DNA of 64,000 nt from Puniceicoccaceae bacterium (lineage in GTDB: Bacteria; Verrucomicrobiota; Verrucomicrobiia; Opitutales; Oceanipulchritudinaceae): assembly GCA_040830765.1 (NCBI GenBank), contig JBFOMH010000005.1:32001-96000 (forward strand). Direction: 5' to 3'. The translations under genes were made by a program, and so were the position numbers. A model generated the notes under the pieces. It ran no database searches, was not told where the DNA came from, and worked only from the letters and a program-made list of their open reading frames with translations. This document shows positions 18,622 through 28,072 of this stretch, piece after piece. Every line of letters begins with the position of its first letter. Position 1 is the first letter of the stretch.

Positions 18622-19812
18622 TCAGGCAACGGATTCTTCATCCCGGATTAACTGGCTTACTCCAAGGGAAACAAGGGCCAGGATGGCCCCGAAGACGAAT
18701 ATCACCTGGTAGCCAAAAAAGTACCATGCAAAGCCGCCAATCAGGGGGGCGAGAACTGAGGAGACATGGTTCCACGTCACGCCCATGGAGAGCGTCGGCT
18801 TGATGTCCTCTGGCAAGGCAATCCGGTTGATGTAAGTGGTCAGGGCGATACCGCCGACGAACAGGAGGTTGTCCACGCAATAGAGCGCATAGAGGACCGG
18901 CCGGTACTCAATGAAGGCATAACCCAGGAATACCCCGGCCAAACCGACATAACTCCAGCTGAGACAGGTCCGCTCGCCAAATCGATCGACCAGGCGGCCC
19001 ATGGTCGGACCGGTCAGGGTGACCAGGGTCTGGTTGATGAGGACCAGCACCATCGTCGTCTGCACCGGCATGCCATGGACCTTGACCAGCGCGAAAATGG
19101 CAAAGGTGATGAACATTTGCTTGCGCCAGCCCTGGAGAAACTGGAGGGCGTAATAGACTGCGTAGCGGCGTTTCATGACAAAGGCCCGCTCCACCCCGGA
19201 GGCCCGTTTGCGGCTGGCAAAGAAGATGGCACCGCCGCCGAGGCAGGCAACAATTCCCGCCATGACAAAGAGCCCGTTGTAGCCAAAGGTATCGAACAGG
19301 AGAATCGCCGCGATGATCGTCACCAGCCAGGCAAAGCTCTCCACGCTACGCAGCTGACCCAGCCAGCGTCCCTTCTTGCCCGCCGGGGAATACAATAGCG
19401 CCATATTCTGGCTCAACGGGACCCAGCAATGAAAACCGATACTCCAGACCACCGAACAAATAATCAATCCAGTCAATGTCGTCACTGTGGCATAACCGGC
19501 AATGCCCAATCCCAGAATAACGAGACAGGCGGCTGCAGTCAGCGGTGGATAGACAGCCACCACAATGGCCAGGAAGGCAAAATTGAGAAAGCCCGGAACC
19601 TCCCGCAGCGCTTCCATGTAGCCAAGTTCGTGAGCTTCAATTCCCAATCGCTCGACGATGAAGTTGTTGAAGAGGGTCAACTGGACCCCAAAAAACACCC
19701 CCACCGAGGCCATCGCCAACGCCAGTAGGGTGAAATCCCGGTTCCATTCGCGGAAAAAGCTCAAACCCGGCCGGCTGCCTGGCACCGCTTGTGGAATCCG
19801 TCCTGACTTCAT
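18622..19812 (-). CDS. MFS transporter
   Basis: About 12 hydrophobic segments, EALREVPG, GRLVDRFGER motif. Confidence 0.85.
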   Translation of the reverse strand: MKSGRIPQAVPGSRPGLSFFREWNRDFTLLALAMASVGVFFGVQLTLFNNFIVERLGIEAHELGYMEALREVPGFLNFAFLAIVVAVYPPLTAAACLVILGLGIAGYATVTTLTGLIICSVVWSIGFHCWVPLSQNMALLYSPAGKKGRWLGQLRSVESFAWLVTIIAAILLFDTFGYNGLFVMAGIVACLGGGAIFFASRKRASGVERAFVMKRRYAVYYALQFLQGWRKQMFITFAIFALVKVHGMPVQTTMVLVLINQTLVTLTGPTMGRLVDRFGERTCLSWSYVGLAGVFLGYAFIEYRPVLYALYCVDNLLFVGGIALTTYINRIALPEDIKPTLSMGVTWNHVSSVLAPLIGGFAWYFFGYQVIFVFGAILALVSLGVSQLIRDEESVA

Positions 19813-19837
19813 CCAATGAGGATTGCCCTAAATTTGC

Positions 19838-22255
19838 CTAATGTAAAGGCAGGCCTGCCCATTCACCATCCACCGGGACTTCGGAATCCACAAACGTCTG
19901 GCCGCTGACGTGCAGCTGAGTGGCCCCCGTGGCGCTAACCCAGACCGGCTGCCCATCCCGCTGGTGCACGATGGCATAGGTGAAGGATCCGGAAACCGCT
20001 CCGGCCTCAATAGCCGTCCCATCGGAAAAGATGTGCAGGTCCTCCTCGTTGCCGATGCTGACGCGGCACAGGAGGACATCGGGGTTTTTCGAGTGGCGGT
20101 TCCAGGTAAGGCGTGGCGACTCATCGGGTGAGTCCTCCTTCGTCGGGTAAATAAGCACAGCCATACGGTCCTGTAGTGGATTTCCGCTACTGCCTTTTCT
20201 GAAGGTTATCCAGTCAATATCCCGGCTGGGTGGCTCACCGGGAAGCTCCCCTAGCCCCGCCGGGCCCGTGCGGTGGAATCGTTCTGTTGCTTCCTGTTCC
20301 GAGTCGGGAAGAATGAGCTGCACTCCGGGTGTTTCAGTGGAGGCAAACCCGTAATCGGTCTCTTGCAGGCTCAAGGGCGTGTGGAACTGCCAGTCGAGCG
20401 CCTTGCCCGCATGGGGCGTCTCCACCTCGTCGACAAGGAGCCAGTAGTGGCCCCGGCGAAAGGCAAAGTGGCGCCGGTGAAGGGTGTCATGATAGCGCTG
20501 ATACCCACTGTGGGTTGCGGCAAAATAATCCATGTGCTCCTGGGTCGACCAGGCAAGGTCAAGGCCTTCAACGTTCCGCTTCATGGGGTTGGCCTCTGCC
20601 ACCATGAGCATATTGTGTGCCTTGGCCTGTTTGTACCAGGAAACATGGACGGGGTCGACATATCCCGTCGGCCCAATGGCCGCATCAAGCGCAATGGGAA
20701 TGCCATTGGCGTAGGCTTCAAAGTCGAGAATGTCGTAGTGCCCGTGGTTCTGGAACGGACCGTAGTTGATCTTCATGAAATAGGCGTCCCGGGCCCACCC
20801 TTCCCGCATGACCACGAAATGGCTGCTGGGGAAGAGCTCGGAGGTCGTATCCGGTAGCTCCGGCTCGATGCCGGTGGCCTTCCACTTCTCCTCCGGGACA
20901 ACATGCATGAGCGGACCAATGAAGTCCCCGCGGTTGAAGAACTTCCCCATGTCGACAAGAAGCCCCGCAAAGATGAGGCTGCGGCGGCTGTCGTTGAAGG
21001 GCACATTCACACCCAGTGGCGAAAGTGTCCGCGAGGTGAACTCCATCAGCTTCTCCAGCCGCGGAAGATAGGTCTCGAGCAAACTGGTATCGTCCTCGGC
21101 GTATTTCCAGAGCAGCATGTAGCGATAGAACATGCCAAAGACAAAACTGGTGTAGCTGCCCGTCCGCTCCACATAGCCGCCATCGTCGAAAATGTCCTCC
21201 TGGAAATGCTGGATCATGTTGGCCCGGCTCGTCGCCAGCCAGTCACCGGATTCCTTGAACTCCGGATAAAGGAGCGCCAGATAGGTCTGGGTCATGGCGG
21301 TCTGGGTCTGCCAGTTGTAGGGATGGAAGGGAGTTTGCTCAAGGCATTGGTGCATCCAGCGCCCGGCTCCGAGAAGGTATTTCAGCATCTGTACATGCGT
21401 TTCCGGGGAAAGCTCCGCCCCCATCGCCCGCATGGCATCGATGAACCGGGGCGTCCGCACCCCGAGTCCCAGCTCGTACCAGACCACATTCCGGACCTTT
21501 ACCCCCGGACCGGTCTCTTGTGCTTGAATTTCGTTGCGCTGCGCATACCACTGCTTGAAAAGCGATTCGAAGGCCTCCGCATAACGCTCCTCCCCGGTTG
21601 CCACCCAGGCGGTCACGAGGTCCGTGACAAAGTGCAGGTAATGAAAGCCGTACTTCGACCGGTCCGTCCAATTGACGTTGTAATCCACTTCCCAGCCAAA
21701 ATAGCGCCCGGCCAGTGTGTACCCGCGTTCCGGATCCACGACCGCGTCGCCAGCGGCCCGGACAGCCGCCAGTCTCGCCGGATCCGCCTCCAGTTGCTGA
21801 CGGAATTCCTCTGTAGTGAGGAAAGGAATATTGGCCGCCCGGTCGTAGTGGTACAAACGCCCAATGTCCTCCCGCTGCACAAACCAGGCTTTCACCTTTT
21901 CCGGGGAAAGGGTCCCGTCCGCCTTCATAAAACGCTCCGCATCCGTCAGCGAGGCCAGCAGCTCCGCGTCCGATATCTCGGTAATCTTGTCCCGGAAGTA
22001 ATCCGCATCCAGGTACACATCGTGCCATTCCGACAGGTGCAGCCCAACGTCCACATCCGACCGATCCCCGTTTTCCACCACCTCATTGCACAGGGGACAA
22101 CGCCACTGCCCGTCATCCAGATAAATGTCGGAATACTTGGTGACCACCGGCCCCGTAGGCTCCGCCCCGACTGTCCCGGCACACAGGAACATTGAAACCA
22201 ACGGCAGTAACCCAAAAACCGCCCGAAAACACGCTTTCTTGCTCAATTCGCCCAT
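19838..22255 (-). CDS. Heparinase II/III-family polysaccharide lyase (secreted)
   Basis: Signal peptide, alpha-toroid region (NWQ, DGGYVE, PFNDS), HGHYDIL and AHN heparinase II/III C-terminal motifs. Confidence 0.8.
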   Translation of the reverse strand: MGELSKKACFRAVFGLLPLVSMFLCAGTVGAEPTGPVVTKYSDIYLDDGQWRCPLCNEVVENGDRSDVDVGLHLSEWHDVYLDADYFRDKITEISDAELLASLTDAERFMKADGTLSPEKVKAWFVQREDIGRLYHYDRAANIPFLTTEEFRQQLEADPARLAAVRAAGDAVVDPERGYTLAGRYFGWEVDYNVNWTDRSKYGFHYLHFVTDLVTAWVATGEERYAEAFESLFKQWYAQRNEIQAQETGPGVKVRNVVWYELGLGVRTPRFIDAMRAMGAELSPETHVQMLKYLLGAGRWMHQCLEQTPFHPYNWQTQTAMTQTYLALLYPEFKESGDWLATSRANMIQHFQEDIFDDGGYVERTGSYTSFVFGMFYRYMLLWKYAEDDTSLLETYLPRLEKLMEFTSRTLSPLGVNVPFNDSRRSLIFAGLLVDMGKFFNRGDFIGPLMHVVPEEKWKATGIEPELPDTTSELFPSSHFVVMREGWARDAYFMKINYGPFQNHGHYDILDFEAYANGIPIALDAAIGPTGYVDPVHVSWYKQAKAHNMLMVAEANPMKRNVEGLDLAWSTQEHMDYFAATHSGYQRYHDTLHRRHFAFRRGHYWLLVDEVETPHAGKALDWQFHTPLSLQETDYGFASTETPGVQLILPDSEQEATERFHRTGPAGLGELPGEPPSRDIDWITFRKGSSGNPLQDRMAVLIYPTKEDSPDESPRLTWNRHSKNPDVLLCRVSIGNEEDLHIFSDGTAIEAGAVSGSFTYAIVHQRDGQPVWVSATGATQLHVSGQTFVDSEVPVDGEWAGLPLH

Positions 22256-22335
22256 GCCTGAATTTAAATCCCGCCCGGAAATGCCTAACAAATCCTAATC
22301 TGCTGGCCTGTAAAGCAGTCGCGACGGGCGGTATC

Positions 22336-22373
22336 ACTTGACAAGTTATATTACATAATTATGTTACATATAT
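22336..22373 (+). promoter_or_regulatory. vapBC promoter with probable autoregulatory operator
   Basis: TTGACA at 22338-22343, perfect palindrome ACATAATTATGT at 22353-22364, AT-rich, immediately before ATG 22374. Confidence 0.65.
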
Positions 22374-22628
22374 ATGCGGACAACACTTGTGTTAAATGAC
22401 GAACTAGTTGCGGAAGCGAAACGGAAAGCCGCCGATCGCCGGGTTTCGCTCAGTACCATTGTCAACGAAGCTCTACGGAACGCTTTGCAGGATCCGCCCG
22501 CCGAAGCGGAGAAAACCCCTTTCTCGATGCCAACTTATCGACCTAGGAAAGCAGCGGTTACCGACCTTTCCCCCGGAGACATGAACCAGTTATTGGCGGC
22601 AGAAGAGGCAGCCCCCTATCACAAATGA
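22374..22628 (+). CDS. vapB: VapB-type (RHH/CopG-like) antitoxin
   Basis: MRTTLVLNDEL..EAK..AA....SLS.IVNEALR. ATGA overlap with the PIN gene. Confidence 0.82.
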   Translation: MRTTLVLNDELVAEAKRKAADRRVSLSTIVNEALRNALQDPPAEAEKTPFSMPTYRPRKAAVTDLSPGDMNQLLAAEEAAPYHK

Positions 22629-23062
22629 TCCTCTTCGACATCAACGTCCTGGTCTACGCGCACCGGGAAGATCAGGAACATCATGCGTATTTCCGATCTC
22701 GACTGGAAACAATCGTCGGGGGAGACAATCCATTCGGCCTGACTCCCCTTACTGCCGGTGGATTTATCCGAATAGTGACCCAACCGGCCTTTCCGAATGG
22801 CCCGACTCCCCTCCCGCAGGCCTTGTCCGTGATCGATTCCCTCCTCTCCCATCCGCGGGGACACATGATCCAGCCAGGCCGCCGCCATTGGGAAATCTTC
22901 TCCCAGCTCTGCCGCCAGACCCAGGCCAGCGGGAAGTCGGTTGCGGATGCCCAGCACGCGGCTGTCGCCATCGAACATGCCGCCACCTGGATTACCCGCG
23001 ACAAGGACTTCGCTCGCTTCACCGAACACGGTTTGAAATGGCAGCATTGGTCGCCAACTTGA
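22625..23062 (+). CDS. vapC: VapC PIN-domain ribonuclease toxin
   Basis: MILFDINVLVYA...DAQHAAVAIEH....TRDKDFARF. Confidence 0.9.
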   Translation: MILFDINVLVYAHREDQEHHAYFRSRLETIVGGDNPFGLTPLTAGGFIRIVTQPAFPNGPTPLPQALSVIDSLLSHPRGHMIQPGRRHWEIFSQLCRQTQASGKSVADAQHAAVAIEHAATWITRDKDFARFTEHGLKWQHWSPT

Positions 23063-23069
23063 TGATTCT

Positions 23070-23203
23070 GTTGGCTTGCCATCCGAAGCCCGCACGGCGA
23101 AGGATGCCCGCGCTTCGTTCCACCCTGCGGGACTTCGCAGGGCACTCTCGCTCAAACATCACTCCTGGGTGGCTGCGCCATGCGTAGCTCGCAGAGCGAA
23201 GCA

Positions 23204-23206
<3 letters not shown>
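23070..23206. repeat. Array of imperfect hairpins abutting the tRNA 3' end
   Basis: CATCC-GAAG..GCGAA-GGATG, CCCTGCG..CGCAGGG and CCATGC-GTAG..GCGAA-GCATGG; the last includes the tRNA CCA. Confidence 0.5.
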
Positions 23207-23279
<73 letters not shown>

Positions 23280-23341
23280 GTCAGGAAGGCAATATCTGTG
23301 GCGGAGAAGTGGGTCGGGTCAAGCTTTTGCGGAGGTGTTAT

Positions 23342-24472
23342 TCACTCTGGCCCGGCGAAGCGGAACCACTTCACATTGGCATCAGGTACGGGAATGGTCA
23401 CGGACATCGTCTCGCCGGTGTCGGCCCACTCGGTCAGGTTGTCACTCTGCTCCAGCTTCATCTCAATGGTGGCTTGCCCGTCGATTACCTCGATCATGGT
23501 ACTGCCGGGACGCAGGTCCGCAATTTCGGAGAGGGTGTATTCGTTGGCTAGGGCCTCTTGGTAGAAGTCCAATCTTTCATTTGCTTGATTTAAAAGAGCT
23601 CGAATGCTGTCAAGTCGCTCTGAAAGCAAGTACGCCGGAGTTCCCCAAGTCCAACTCACATTGGTCAATATAGCTCTGTTAAAATTAGCATTATTATAAC
23701 TGGCGCCATAAAAATCGGCCCCTGTGAAGTCGGTCCTCTGCAGGACTGCATAGGAGAGGTCAGCATTGGAAAGGTCTGCACCAACAAGCATTGCACTTTC
23801 CATTCGAGCGGTTGTGAAGTTTGCTTTGGTAAGATTAGCAAATGACAAATTGGCGCCAGTTAAAGTAGCATTCCATAAATCGGCTTCAACTAAGTCAGCG
23901 TACTCCAGATTCGCACCATTAAGTATAGCCTTCCTAAGGCTGCTTTTACTCAGTTTGATCCTTTCAAGCTGGGCATTAGTGAAATTAACTTCTTCCAGCG
24001 TCGTATTACTTAAGTCTGCATCTCGTAGATCAGCTCCGGGTCCAATCAAATGGCCGTCAAATAGATCGGCCCCTTCACCAAGATCGCGAGGAAACACCAA
24101 AGTCCAGTCAACTGGCAAAGCAAGGGGAGTTCCAATTAGTTGACTGGAAGTTATCCTATACAAATTCGCTCCTCTAAAATTTGTTCCATTTACTACTGCA
24201 GCTCTTATGAGCACTCCTGATAGATCGGCGTTGCCAAGATCAACATTTGTTAAATTGGCTCCGGTTAAATCGGCATTGGAGAGGTTAATCCCAACCAGAT
24301 TCACCCCTGCCTGAATATCAATGCCGTCGTAGGGATGGGGATTTCCATTTCTGTCCAGGAGTTCTACCCAGAGGCCCCGTAAGTTCTTATAGCGGGCGGC
24401 TTGCAGATTGATGGCACCGAACAGAGCAATTCCTATCAATACCCACCTCACTAGAATACTGCACTTGGCCAT
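23342..24472 (-). CDS. Secreted pentapeptide-repeat protein with C-terminal EQSDNL..W...WFRF module
   Basis: Signal peptide, many A[DN]Lxx repeats, distinct C-terminal domain. Confidence 0.85.
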   Translation of the reverse strand: MAKCSILVRWVLIGIALFGAINLQAARYKNLRGLWVELLDRNGNPHPYDGIDIQAGVNLVGINLSNADLTGANLTNVDLGNADLSGVLIRAAVVNGTNFRGANLYRITSSQLIGTPLALPVDWTLVFPRDLGEGADLFDGHLIGPGADLRDADLSNTTLEEVNFTNAQLERIKLSKSSLRKAILNGANLEYADLVEADLWNATLTGANLSFANLTKANFTTARMESAMLVGADLSNADLSYAVLQRTDFTGADFYGASYNNANFNRAILTNVSWTWGTPAYLLSERLDSIRALLNQANERLDFYQEALANEYTLSEIADLRPGSTMIEVIDGQATIEMKLEQSDNLTEWADTGETMSVTIPVPDANVKWFRFAGPE

Positions 24473-25082
24473 GAATTCTTAAGGAAAATTAATCCTACCA
24501 AGTCAATTAACTAATCACGCAAACTCCCGCAGGGAAAGCCTTACACAGATGCTGCTGAGGGGCCTTTATTGACCTGAATATGAAAGTCACATGCGCCATC
24601 AGAACCATTTTTCGTCGTAGGAACCCCGTCCCAACACCCTGACCGTCCTTTGCTCCTCAAGTTATCCCTTAAGGGCATCTACACTCCTACAGTGGTGTTA
24701 CTATGTTGAGTATTTGTTGCCCAAGCTACCCCGCTGGCCTGCCAGAGGCTCTTTTTTTGGTGTAGATTTACCCGTTTTCTTTTAATGCTTTTCCCGCATT
24801 TTCTGGTGCCTACCCTCACGAAATCCTTATTATTACTGTCCCAGCGGGCGGATGACTTGATTTGGGGTGTGAGGACGGGGCGATTATTTATGCCAGAAAT
24901 AAAGGGTATCCAGTCGGCTTCAGGAGGCAGTGGAAGAGCTCCATCTTATGGCAGAAATAGGCCCGCCTCATTACCCCCCCCACCCAACTATGTTTTTGAC
25001 AATATTAGCCCCCATTGATAGAAAGCCATGTCCCCCGGAGGAAATGCATACCCAGTAGATTCAATATAGGGAGGGAACGATA

Positions 25083-26369
25083 ATGAATCGGTTTCGAAGT
25101 ATCTGTTTGGTGGCAGGGATGTTGCTACCGGTTACGCTGTTTGCCAAGGAGGTGGTGGAATTTGATTGGTTAAGTGATTGGTTCAAGGGCGGACCAATGG
25201 GACCATGGCTTATCGATAATGGGGATGTGGCCATCTTCGGAGAACACAACTGGAATCCGGTGGTTTCCTATAACTATAATAGATGGGAATCTGGAACGAC
25301 AGCCCATTTGCCCGAGCTTGAGGATTATGAGATCTGGGACGTCTCAAATGATGGCTCCGTATTTGTAATTAGCCGAGAGGACCACCTGTTTGTAAAAGTG
25401 AATGACGATTGGCAAGTAATCGAGGACACGTCCGGGCAGTGGGGAGGTCTAACGTGGCTTGGAGTGCATCTATCCGGCAACGGCGAGGTTGCCGTGGGAA
25501 CAGACGGTGACAAGACTTGGATATGGACGGAGGGTGAACTCCGCCTCCTTGATGGCCGCGCAGGACCTCCAGTTGGGATATCGGATGACGGCACCGTCGT
25601 AGCCGGGGTTGAAGATCCGTGGCTGCCGGGTTCAAATGCCTACCGCTGGGTGAATGGTGTCTACGAACAGATACACGAACCCGCAGGCGGGTGGCCTGGT
25701 GGTTCTCGTTGGGTGACAGCAATGTCCGGGGACGGCTCAACTCTGTTTTCCCATACTTGGATATGGAAGTATGGGGAGATACAAGGGTTCGACTTCGGTA
25801 TGATAGATGTTGGTCTCGGACCTCGTACCAATGAAGATGGGACGCTGCTGGTGGGGAGGTATTACCACCACGATTCGGACAAGTTAGATATCGTTATTCT
25901 GAAAGAGGAAGATAATTGGGCTCCAACACTATTAAGTGACATTCCATTGAGGCAAGGGGGGCAATTCGATCAAGCCATTCAAGAACTAGATGCTATAGAG
26001 GTTACAAGCCTCAGTCGTGATGGATCTGTTTTAACTGGTTATGGATGGCGAAACGACAATAGCTGGAGATTCTATCGAATGGAGCTCCTCACCGTATTCG
26101 GCCGCCACCTCGTCCACGAAGGGTATGTTGACACAAAGCAATGGCTGGGCTGGTTGCAGGTGGAATATGACCCATGGGTCTGGTGTCTGGCTACTCAATG
26201 CTGGTTCTACATTAGTGAAGATGTAGCTATAGCGGAAGGAGGCTGGATGTATGCCCCCAACATGGCGTCACTGGAAGTGTACCCTGCTTCAGGATATGGC
26301 TGGAGCTATAAACTGAGCAAGTGGCTCTATGTCGATCCCAGTGGCAGCGGCTGGGTGTATGTGCTCTGA
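25083..26369 (+). CDS. Secreted HAF-like repeat (beta-propeller-like) protein with Trp-rich C-terminal domain
   Basis: Signal peptide; repeated [VIL]S.DG[ST]V units (VSNDGSV, LSGNGEV, ISDDGTV, MSGDGST, LSRDGSV); C-terminal DT..WLGW domain. Confidence 0.75.
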   Translation: MNRFRSICLVAGMLLPVTLFAKEVVEFDWLSDWFKGGPMGPWLIDNGDVAIFGEHNWNPVVSYNYNRWESGTTAHLPELEDYEIWDVSNDGSVFVISREDHLFVKVNDDWQVIEDTSGQWGGLTWLGVHLSGNGEVAVGTDGDKTWIWTEGELRLLDGRAGPPVGISDDGTVVAGVEDPWLPGSNAYRWVNGVYEQIHEPAGGWPGGSRWVTAMSGDGSTLFSHTWIWKYGEIQGFDFGMIDVGLGPRTNEDGTLLVGRYYHHDSDKLDIVILKEEDNWAPTLLSDIPLRQGGQFDQAIQELDAIEVTSLSRDGSVLTGYGWRNDNSWRFYRMELLTVFGRHLVHEGYVDTKQWLGWLQVEYDPWVWCLATQCWFYISEDVAIAEGGWMYAPNMASLEVYPASGYGWSYKLSKWLYVDPSGSGWVYVL

Positions 26370-26584
26370 AGGTTTCCCCCTTGCCAATTTTCCAAAGGGA
26401 TTGCCGGACCCATACGAATCAAGACCCTCTTGATGCGGCAGGTGGGACCCTGTGTGCTTTAGAAACCTTGCAGGCTTGAACAGTCTGGCTTCATTCAGTT
26501 AAATAAACAGCTGATGAAGCAGGTGAAGCTGGTTGATCGAGCCCTTCCTTTTCCGGAGGGGCACGACAAGGAGGTGATTGGATA

Positions 26585-28072
26585 ATGCCACCTTCCACCA
26601 TTCTGGGGATTGACCAGGGAACGACCGGCACACGGGCGGTGGTCATGAATTCCCGGGGGCAGGTGGAATCATCCGCTTACCGGAAACACCAACAGATCAT
26701 GCCCGACCTCGGGAACGGTATCCGGGGGGTTGAACATGACCCGATGGAAATCTGGAACAACACCCGGGAAGTTGTTGAAGCCGTTATTGCCAACCATGAC
26801 ATCGCGGCCATAGGGATCGCCAACCAGGGGGAAACCGTCATGCTGTGGAACCGCAAGACCGGTGAACCGCTGCACAATGCCATCGTCTGGCAGGACCAGC
26901 GAACACAGGACTGGATGGATGAGCTCCGGAATGATGCATCCCTCGTGAAGCATGTCGCGACAACCACCGGATTGCGACTGGATGCCTACTTCTCGGCCAG
27001 TAAGATAAGCTGGCTGCTGAAGAATGTCCCGTCAGCCGGTAAACTGCTGGAGAGCGGCGATCTATGTGCCGGTACGCTCGATGCATGGCTGATCTACAAA
27101 CTCACCGGGGGAAAGTCCTTCGTCACCGATCCAAGTACAGTGGCCCGGACGCTGTTGTTCGACATTCATAAGCAGGAATACGACGAGCAATTGCTTTCGC
27201 TGTTTCAAATTCCCTCCCGGATATTGCCGGAAGTTGTGGATCGCGATTTTGGAACCGTGTCCACCATTGCCGGACTTGAGGGTGTCCCCATCGCAGCCAG
27301 CCTTGTCGACCAGACCGGTGCCGTTTTCGGTCAGGGCTGCCTTCAGCCCGGCGATCTCAAGGCCACTTATGGCACGGGTTGTTTTGTCTTCATGAATACC
27401 GGTCCGGATCCCGCCCTCAATGACAGCGGTTTGCTGAGCGTGATTGCCTGGAGCCGGGATGCCGAGGTTACCTATGCCCTGGATGGAGGCATATTCACCG
27501 CGGGAGCGGTGGTGGAATACCTGTCCAGTCAACTGGGTTTTCTCAAGGATGCCTCTGAGCTGGATTCCATCCTCGAAAAAACCCCTACTTCCGGATCGGT
27601 GGTATGCGTACCTGCCTTTGCCGGACTGGCCGCCCCCTTCTGGGAACGGGGTGCCAAGGCCGCCTTTTTCGGAATGGACTTGTCCACCCCGAGTGAGGTT
27701 CTGGTCAGGGCGGCAATGGAGGGAATCGCCTGCCGAGTGGTCCAGGTTGTTCGGGCAATGGAGGCAGCGGCCTCCACCAAGGTTCGTTCCCTGCGAGTGG
27801 ACGGGGGTCTGGTCCGCAGTCGGGAATTCGCACAAATCCAGGCCGACCTGCTCGGGCTGCCGGTTTCCGTATTGGAGAACCCGGAAGCCACCGTGATGGG
27901 GGTCTGCTACATGGCGGCTAGGATGGCCGGCATCTGGGAAAGCGACCAAGCCGTTCTCGACTGTGTCAGGATTGCCCGGACGGTTTATCCGAACTGCGAG
28001 GCCAAATCACGGGATGCCCTGAATTCCAGGTTTGATAATGCCTGCGAGATCGTTAAAAACTTTAAAAGCTGA
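26585..28072 (+). CDS. glpK: FGGY-family carbohydrate kinase, glycerol kinase-like
   Basis: GIDQGTTGTR, IANQGET, AIVWQD.RT, YFSASK, KATYGTG, VDGG. Confidence 0.82.
   Translation: MPPSTILGIDQGTTGTRAVVMNSRGQVESSAYRKHQQIMPDLGNGIRGVEHDPMEIWNNTREVVEAVIANHDIAAIGIANQGETVMLWNRKTGEPLHNAIVWQDQRTQDWMDELRNDASLVKHVATTTGLRLDAYFSASKISWLLKNVPSAGKLLESGDLCAGTLDAWLIYKLTGGKSFVTDPSTVARTLLFDIHKQEYDEQLLSLFQIPSRILPEVVDRDFGTVSTIAGLEGVPIAASLVDQTGAVFGQGCLQPGDLKATYGTGCFVFMNTGPDPALNDSGLLSVIAWSRDAEVTYALDGGIFTAGAVVEYLSSQLGFLKDASELDSILEKTPTSGSVVCVPAFAGLAAPFWERGAKAAFFGMDLSTPSEVLVRAAMEGIACRVVQVVRAMEAAASTKVRSLRVDGGLVRSREFAQIQADLLGLPVSVLENPEATVMGVCYMAARMAGIWESDQAVLDCVRIARTVYPNCEAKSRDALNSRFDNACEIVKNFKS

Noticed and set aside
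20903..22195. 430-aa plus-strand ORF
   Set aside because: Antisense shadow of the heparinase-family gene.
24473..25082. 610-bp intergenic region as a riboswitch/ncRNA (GCAAA...AAGCC resembles c-di-GMP-I; weak hairpin plus T-run at about 24734-24758)
   Set aside because: The GNRA-capped stem and second stem of the riboswitch are not convincingly present. An Rfam/Infernal scan would be needed.
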